Part shown: positions 58,874 through 64,000 of the stretch, piece by piece | Layout: the number at the start of each line of letters is the position of its first letter | Position numbering within the stretch: position 1 is the first letter of the stretch | Assembly: GCA_965198225.1 (NCBI GenBank) | Contig: CBDAOY010000007.1 | Location: 990,045-1,054,044, forward strand | Length of the DNA stretch: 64,000 bases | Direction: 5' to 3' | DNA from: Terriglobia bacterium | GTDB taxonomy: Bacteria; Acidobacteriota; Terriglobia; 20CM-2-55-15 | Position numbers and translations under genes: made by a program | The notes under the pieces: model-generated | Database searches by the model: none | What the model was told of the DNA's origin: nothing | What the model saw: only the letters and a program-made list of their open reading frames with translations

Positions 58874-59803
58874 ATGAGCTTCGAACCGGGCGTCGACGCC
58901 CAACGCGGGAGAGCCCGAGTCAGGGGGGCACGGACCACGGCATGCCTGGACGGTTCACGGCGCGCCGGCGGTAGACATCCGATCCGTGGACACCGTGGGC
59001 CGGGGGCGCCCCCGGATGCATACCGGAGGCCGGCGGGGGTCCATCATGCCTGGGATGACTGTGATGTCGATGTTGCCGTGCTCGGTCGCGTGCCTCGTCG
59101 CAGCCGGCATCCGCGGTGTTGCGGAATGGCTCCACGCGTTGAGGCTCGACGACAGCTCGCGCTGGCTGGGCCCATCCTCCGAAAACCTCTGCTATCCGTA
59201 TCGCGAAAGGCGCTGGCCTCCGGCGAGCCGGAAGATCCCCCCGGCTGGGAACGGATCTATGAAGGCTCGTTCCTGGAAGCAGCGCTGGTCACACAGCTTT
59301 CCGGCGACTTTCCCGGCCCGGTGCTGGCCGTGGTTTCGGTGCCCTTTTACTCGGCAGACCGGCAGCGGATTTTAGTCCCGCGAGGGGCGCGAGTCGTGGG
59401 CACGGCTCAGGCCGTGGCGAATCAGGACCAATCGCGCCTTGCCGTCAGTTTCCACCGTTTGATCTATCCGGACGGGCGTTGGGTGTCGCTGGAATTCAAC
59501 GGCCTCAATCAGGTCGGCGAGGGAGCCTTGAAAGATCAGGTCAACCGCCATTACCTATCCACGTTCGCCGCAGTCGGCGCGGTCGGCATCCTGAGCGGGC
59601 TGACCTTGCGCGGCTCCAATCCCTATGGCGGCGGGCAGCAGAGCCTTCAGGCTGGGGCCGGACAAGGGCTCGGCCAGGCCGCGACGCGCATCCTGGATCG
59701 TTTCCTGAATCGTTTGCCCACCCTCACCATTCGGGCCGGGCATCGGCTTCGCGTTTGGTTCACTTCCGACGTGCTGGTTCCCCGGCCCCAACAAGGAGAT
59801 TGA
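58874..59803 (+). CDS. VirB10/TrbI-family protein, C-terminal core domain only (possibly truncated)
   Basis: The C-terminal ~190 aa is LAVVSVPFYSADRQRILVPRGARVVGTAQ...RLIYPDGRWVSLEFNGLNQVGEGALKDQVNRHY...PTLTIRAGHRLRVWFTSDVLV. The upstream ~100 codons are Arg-rich and not protein-like, so the true start is uncertain. Confidence 0.55.
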   Translation: MSFEPGVDAQRGRARVRGARTTACLDGSRRAGGRHPIRGHRGPGAPPDAYRRPAGVHHAWDDCDVDVAVLGRVPRRSRHPRCCGMAPRVEARRQLALAGPILRKPLLSVSRKALASGEPEDPPGWERIYEGSFLEAALVTQLSGDFPGPVLAVVSVPFYSADRQRILVPRGARVVGTAQAVANQDQSRLAVSFHRLIYPDGRWVSLEFNGLNQVGEGALKDQVNRHYLSTFAAVGAVGILSGLTLRGSNPYGGGQQSLQAGAGQGLGQAATRILDRFLNRLPTLTIRAGHRLRVWFTSDVLVPRPQQGD

Positions 59804-59804
59804 A

Positions 59805-60722
59805 ATGAAAATGTACCGAAAAGCCTTCACCGTTGTTGTCATGGTTCCGATCCTCATCATGCTCACCACCACGCCCGCGCATGCCCTCTTCGGCTCGATC
59901 CTTGCGGGCATCCAACGCGCCCAGATGATCGCCAATCAGGGGATCCAGATCTACAAGGACACAATGGCGAAGATCACCCTGGACGGCCAATTGACCCAGA
60001 TGACGGATCAGTTCAACCACCTGCAAGAACAGGCGCTCGGAAGTGTCGGGGCGCTCACCGATCCGTTTACGCAGTTGGCTTCGGTGCCGACGCAGTTCAT
60101 CGGCGTGGGTCTCGCGTGGAAGAACGATTTTACCGGCGTTGCCGCGGAGCTTGTCTCGTCGGTGGAACAGATGGGCGAAACCGGCACGAGCTTTACCGAG
60201 TCGTGGCGTGATCGGCTCACCGCCGCCGACACGGTGACTGAGAGCGACATCATTGGTCTGTACAACTCTCAGCGGCCCGAAATGGCCCAGAGAGCGGCAC
60301 GGGGCTACCTTGCGGCGCGAGAGGAAGGCGAGAAACGCCTGGTCCTCGATCACGCCACGAGCGATGCGGCGGCGAATCTCATGATTGCGGCGCGTGAGGC
60401 TGTGGCCTCCTACGAAGGACTGCGAAACAACACCAATACTTCCAACACCGCGCTCGCTCAATCGCAGGTGGCCGGGACCCTGACCCAGGGGAACCTCACC
60501 GCGGCCATGGCGCAGTTGATGGCGTTCGATACAGCAAAGGCGGCAGCGGAAGATTACGAACGCGAGATCGCCCGGCGCGACGCGCTGGCGGAATGGGTCG
60601 AGGCCCAGCGCCGCGCGCGCGTCACCTTCGACGCGCAACAGGCCGGGCTCGATGCCCGGCGCGATGCGATGCGGGAAGGGTTGCTCTTCCAGATTCATCC
60701 GTTCTATCGCGGCGGGAACTAA
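59805..60722 (+). CDS. TrbJ/VirB5-like secreted conjugal transfer protein
   Basis: It has a signal peptide, is helical and Q/A-rich, and sits in the position before the trbL-like gene. Confidence 0.5.
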   Translation: MKMYRKAFTVVVMVPILIMLTTTPAHALFGSILAGIQRAQMIANQGIQIYKDTMAKITLDGQLTQMTDQFNHLQEQALGSVGALTDPFTQLASVPTQFIGVGLAWKNDFTGVAAELVSSVEQMGETGTSFTESWRDRLTAADTVTESDIIGLYNSQRPEMAQRAARGYLAAREEGEKRLVLDHATSDAAANLMIAAREAVASYEGLRNNTNTSNTALAQSQVAGTLTQGNLTAAMAQLMAFDTAKAAAEDYEREIARRDALAEWVEAQRRARVTFDAQQAGLDARRDAMREGLLFQIHPFYRGGN

Positions 60723-60734
60723 CCCGGTACGCCG

Positions 60735-61736
60735 ATGCAAATCCAACTCGACCCGGCGATCCCGGCCCAGGTCCCCCCGGAGCAGCTTCGGGATTTCAAG
60801 TCGTTTCTCGATACCGTTCTCGAGGGAATCATCGGCCCGGCGGCCAACCCTCTGCTGGAGACCGGAAACCTGCTGTGGACAGGGTTAGCCGCAATCGTGG
60901 TGGTGTTGACCGGCGCGAAGATCGCGTACAGCGGGAACATTCAGCCGTGGGACATCGTCCGGCTCGTCATCGGTCTGTGGGTGCCGTGGGTCATGTTGCA
61001 GTTCTACTCGACGCCCATCCCGGGGCTGGTCTTCACGTTCCCGGGGGTCATCACGGCGGGCGGGAATTGGTTGCACAATTTCTTGCTTGCGGACACGGCC
61101 TGGTCCATGCATAGCGAACTCGGAAACCTCGTCACCAACCTCGCGGAGGATCTTCAGGTGCAAGCGAATCAGGGGAGTATTCTCGGCGTGCTCACCGGCG
61201 GCGCTCACGCCGTGCTGACGCTCGTTGCCGGAGCCGTCATCATGCTGTTCGTCGTGACCTGTCTCGTCGTTTTGTTCGCGGTTACCTACGCTCAGGTGAT
61301 CTGGGCCCAGATCGCCCTGGCGATCCTCACGCTCCTGGGTCCGATCTTCATTCCCTGGCTGGTGTTTGAGCCGATGAGCTTCATGTTCTGGGGATGGTTC
61401 CGGGCGATGCTGACGTATTCGCTCTACGCCGTGATCGCCGGGGCCGTCATGCGCGTGTTTTCCGGCGTGGGCCTCGCCTACGTCACGACCCTGGGCACCG
61501 CCCAACTCAACTGGCAGTCCATTGGCGATCTCGGTTTGTGGCTCCTGGCGGTCCTGCCCCTGTTCGTGGCCGGGATCCTGTCATCGCTCAAGTGCGGGGA
61601 GCTCGCCTCGATGCTCGTCACCGGTGCCGGTGCATCGGGAAGCGGGCTCATGGGCATGGCGGGGATGGCGGGAACGGTTGCCACCGGCGCCAGCGTGCGC
61701 GCGGCCGCGAAAGCGGGGGCGGGAGGTCTGAAATGA
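60735..61736 (+). CDS. TrbL/VirB6-like polytopic membrane protein with a Gly-rich C-terminus
   Basis: It has multiple TM helices and the C-terminal tail GAGASGSGLMGMAGMAG. Confidence 0.55.
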   Translation: MQIQLDPAIPAQVPPEQLRDFKSFLDTVLEGIIGPAANPLLETGNLLWTGLAAIVVVLTGAKIAYSGNIQPWDIVRLVIGLWVPWVMLQFYSTPIPGLVFTFPGVITAGGNWLHNFLLADTAWSMHSELGNLVTNLAEDLQVQANQGSILGVLTGGAHAVLTLVAGAVIMLFVVTCLVVLFAVTYAQVIWAQIALAILTLLGPIFIPWLVFEPMSFMFWGWFRAMLTYSLYAVIAGAVMRVFSGVGLAYVTTLGTAQLNWQSIGDLGLWLLAVLPLFVAGILSSLKCGELASMLVTGAGASGSGLMGMAGMAGTVATGASVRAAAKAGAGGLK

Positions 61737-62404
61737 GCAAGAAGGAAACCCAAGACGCCGGGGTCGAATACGCCGAAATCTGGGGCGAGGCCATCCACGC
61801 GAACCACCACCTGCGGGTGCTCTCTGTCGGGCTGGGGGCGTTGTGCCTGTTGCTCGTCATCGTCGTCATCCGCATCGTGTCGGTCGCTCCCCCGCGCCCC
61901 ATCGTCGTGCGGGTGGATGAAGTCGGCCGCGCCGAGGCCGTCGCCTATGAAGCGATGGAGGCCCAGGCGGACCCCCTCGACCCCACCACCAAATACTTTC
62001 TCAATCGCTTTATCTATGACTTCTACTCCCGGCGGCGGGCCACGGTCGAAGAGAACTGGTCCCGGAGTCTGCGCTTCCTAACGACGGAACTTGCCGGTGC
62101 CTCGTTCCGGGCCGAGAGCCAGAACATCGCCCTTCTCGCGGCGGGCGCGGCGCGGGATGAACTGCAAGTGGATCGCGTCGTTTTGCGGATTCAAGCCAAC
62201 CCCCGGGAGCCCCACAGCGCGACGGCCGATTTCGATCTGGTGCGGCTGGTGGCGCAGAACGAAGTGGGCCGGGAACGCTGGACCCTCTCGCTTCAATTTC
62301 TGTTCCTCGATGAGATCCCGCCGGACCTGATCGTCCACAACCCGATGGGGATCGTGATCACCTATCTGCAAGGAGATCGGGCGATAGTCAGCGGCGAACC
62401 ATGA
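61732..62404 (+). CDS. TrbF/VirB8-like protein (N-terminal TM helix + NTF2-like periplasmic domain)
   Basis: It has an ATGA overlap with trbL-like. The matching motifs are PIVVRVDEVGRAEAV, FIYDFYSRRR and NPMGIVITYLQ. Confidence 0.55.
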
Positions 62405-63345
62405 TGATCGAGCATTTGCGGGGGAGGGAGCAAAAACTGGAACCGCTCGGTTGGACAGGGCGCGATGCGGAATGGATCGCGCTGGTGTGTTTGCATAGTG
62501 GCGTTTTCACCCGCGCACAATTCTGTTTCTACTTTGATACCCGCCGCGACCGCGCCCATCGGTTTGTACAGGCATTGGTGAAGCGGAGGTCGGCGGTCGA
62601 AACCGATGCCCTCACCTTCAATGGAGGAGGGAAGACGTGCCGGATATCGAGCAAACCGATCTACCGGGCGCTGGGGGTCGAGAACATCCGCCACCGCCGA
62701 AAAGCCCAACCGCCGGTGGTGATGCGGCGGCTCCTATCGCTGGATTTCGTTCTGGAACATCCGGGCATGAACTGGCTTCCCGCCGAGATGGAAAAGGTCG
62801 AGTTTTTTGACGGGCTCGGCCTCTCGCGGCGGTTGATTCCCCGCCGGATTTATTACGGGGCCGTGGGGGCCCAGAAACGCTACTTTGCGCTCAAACTTCC
62901 CCTTGCCGTGGACGCTCGAACCGTCACCTTCGCCTACGTCGATCCGGGGCACAGTACCGCTTCGGAATTGCACTCCTGGGGAGCCGCGCATGGGCCGCTT
63001 TGGGATGCGCTGCGGAAGACGGGGCGGCAGGTCCGGGTGATCGCCATTGCCGCCGAAAACAAGACGGTCGAGCGGGCGGAGCGGGTGTTGCGCGCATGGG
63101 CGGCGGCGGTCCCAGGGGAGCCCAGCGAGGAGCTGACGGTGAAGCGGGAAATCAAGGCGATTGACGAAGCGATGACCCACAAAGACCGGGAATTTCTGGC
63201 CCGGTACGGGGGATTCGGTGGAGCCATGAAACGGTCCGCGGCGCTCCAAAGTCTGCCCGAAGCGAAGGTGACGGAAGGGGTCTCGATTGACGACTACGGG
63301 ACGTGGTTTGCGGAGCGTTTTGCCGGTCCCGAAGGAATACTGTAA
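62401..63345 (+). CDS. hypothetical protein (314 aa, basic), last gene of the T4SS-like cluster
   Basis: The ORF is in the track and no family is recognised. It has an ATGA overlap with the upstream gene. Confidence 0.4.
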   Translation: MMIEHLRGREQKLEPLGWTGRDAEWIALVCLHSGVFTRAQFCFYFDTRRDRAHRFVQALVKRRSAVETDALTFNGGGKTCRISSKPIYRALGVENIRHRRKAQPPVVMRRLLSLDFVLEHPGMNWLPAEMEKVEFFDGLGLSRRLIPRRIYYGAVGAQKRYFALKLPLAVDARTVTFAYVDPGHSTASELHSWGAAHGPLWDALRKTGRQVRVIAIAAENKTVERAERVLRAWAAAVPGEPSEELTVKREIKAIDEAMTHKDREFLARYGGFGGAMKRSAALQSLPEAKVTEGVSIDDYGTWFAERFAGPEGIL

Positions 63346-63370
63346 TGGGGTTCAAAAGCAATGGGAAATG

Positions 63371-63656
63371 TGGCAGGATTCGAGGGATTTTTTCTTGCAA
63401 CACCTTCCGATCCAGGATGCAACACCCTCAGAGAGGGGGGTGTTGCAGGATTCGGACAAAAGGTGTTGCAATGCCACATCCTCCTATCTCCTTAATTCTT
63501 TTTTGGTTATCCCATACCAATCGGCCTCCACCGTGCCGATCCAGCGAAATCGGGGAGGACGATAGCGACCCCCCTAAAAAGCGCGGGGTCATGTGGCCCG
63601 GATAGAGGCGAGGTGTTGCACGCCTCTATCCGGCCCCATGAGGGTCGCTATCGTCC
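63371..63656. promoter_or_regulatory. iteron cluster (five copies of GGTGTTGCA / TGCAACACC, two GCAGGATTCG) plus a nested inverted repeat (outer 15-bp arms, inner 16-bp arms); candidate oriT or replication/regulatory origin
   Basis: The iterons are at 63395, 63417, 63439, 63461 and 63612. The outer IR GGACGATAGCGACCC (63558-63572) pairs with GGGTCGCTATCGTCC (63642-63656). The inner IR GGCCCGGATAGAGGCG (63595-63610) pairs with CGCCTCTATCCGGCC (63621-63635). Confidence 0.5.
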
Positions 63657-64000
63657 TTAATTGATCCCTGCGGGAAGGCTCGGAAAACGCCCCCAACGGG
63701 GGCCTTGACGGAAGGGAGACAGACCTATGAAATGGCGTCGATTCATCCCTCATATCCTTCTGTTTTTCGGCGGTCTCGGCTACGCCGTGTGGAGCTTTGT
63801 CCGGCGTCCCTTCCCCATGCTTGGCCGGGCGCATGAGAAGCGCCTGGAGCCAGGCGTTCTTGAGCATGACGCCCACGGCGCGGGCCAGCGCCGGATTGAT
63901 ACCGGCGGGCATGTTCAACGCCAGCACCTTGCCCCCCTCGATCAGTTCATAGAGTGGGGGCAGATGGCGCGGCCCCTCGATTCGTTCCTCTTCGACCGGC

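Larger units (their letters stand above)
48453..64000. mobile_element. putative integrative (conjugative) element, partial. It starts at the junction inside the ADOP permease gene and extends past the window end.
   Basis: A P4-type integrase sits at the left junction, followed by a recombinase fragment, T4SS genes (VirB10-like, TrbJ, TrbL, TrbF/VirB8) and an iteron/IR region. An AT-rich junction segment lies at 48455-48560. Confidence 0.4.

Noticed and set aside
63589-63927. 112-aa minus-strand ORF
   Set aside because: It overlaps the nested inverted-repeat/iteron region. The reading frame is created by the palindromes, and the product has no protein-like features.

Overview
This is a GC-rich (~65%) bacterial chromosomal window, in the style of Acidobacteriota or Gemmatimonadota. 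It carries SBBP/YVTN beta-propeller giant proteins, an ADOP-type orphan permease next to a PadR regulator, DUF4097 proteins in ECF sigma operons, and many short interspersed repeats. The ORF track accounts for most genes, but many listed ORFs are antisense or off-frame shadows typical of high-GC DNA.

Gene content, 5' to 3':
- A partial transketolase on the minus strand runs off the window start.
- A perfect sigma70-type promoter sits ~60 nt upstream of an intrinsic terminator, with no ORF between them (sRNA candidate).
- tRNA-Ser(CGA).
- A 1533-aa secreted SBBP/YVTN beta-propeller protein with a K/S-rich repeat tail.
- An intramembrane histidine kinase and a sigma54-dependent NtrC-family regulator, separated by a tandemly duplicated repeat block.
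- A TolC-HlyD-ABC efflux operon with two stand-alone ATPases and no permease.
- tadA.
- A secreted peptidase/peptide-uptake cluster: BsuPI-like inhibitor, M20, M28, S9 prolyl oligopeptidase, then oppABCDF.
- An APC permease, an HDAC-family protein, and a class III adenylate cyclase with a ~430-aa coiled coil.
- An ECF sigma / anti-sigma / DUF4097 operon preceded by a degraded TPM-domain gene.

Most notable findings:
1. A locus resembling rSAM/selenodomain-associated organoarsenical (arsenosugar-type) biosynthesis. It contains a TIGR04283-like GT2 glycosyltransferase, a TIGR04282/DUF2064 protein, a DedA protein, and an 817-aa single polypeptide fusing a radical SAM/Cys-rich (ArsS-like) domain to a complete ArsM-like arsenite methyltransferase.
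2. Directly adjacent is a deiodinase-like thioredoxin-fold selenoprotein. It has an in-frame UGA at the FxSxT-U-xPF active-site motif and a hairpin where a bacterial SECIS would be. It is fused to a C-terminal EF-hand repeat array.
3. That EF-hand array carries an exact ~310-bp tandem duplication with a premature stop.
4. A P4-type tyrosine integrase interrupts the ADOP permease gene. Downstream are a YecA-like protein, a Sel1 lipoprotein, a recombinase fragment, a >2000-aa cadherin-sulfatase-Ig-FN3 surface protein (frameshifted), T4SS genes (VirB10/TrbI C-terminal domain, TrbJ, TrbL, TrbF/VirB8) and an iteron/nested-inverted-repeat region. Together these look like an integrative conjugative element that continues past the window end.
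5. There are several undescribed-looking repeat families:
   - a 275-bp MITE-like element (two copies);
   - a GGCCTACGGATAACG REP-like family;
   - a GGGACAGGG-N-CCCTGTCCC palindrome family, including a 139-bp tandem pair;
   - CACGGATTACACGGA repeats inside the opp operon;
   - AT-rich repeat elements.
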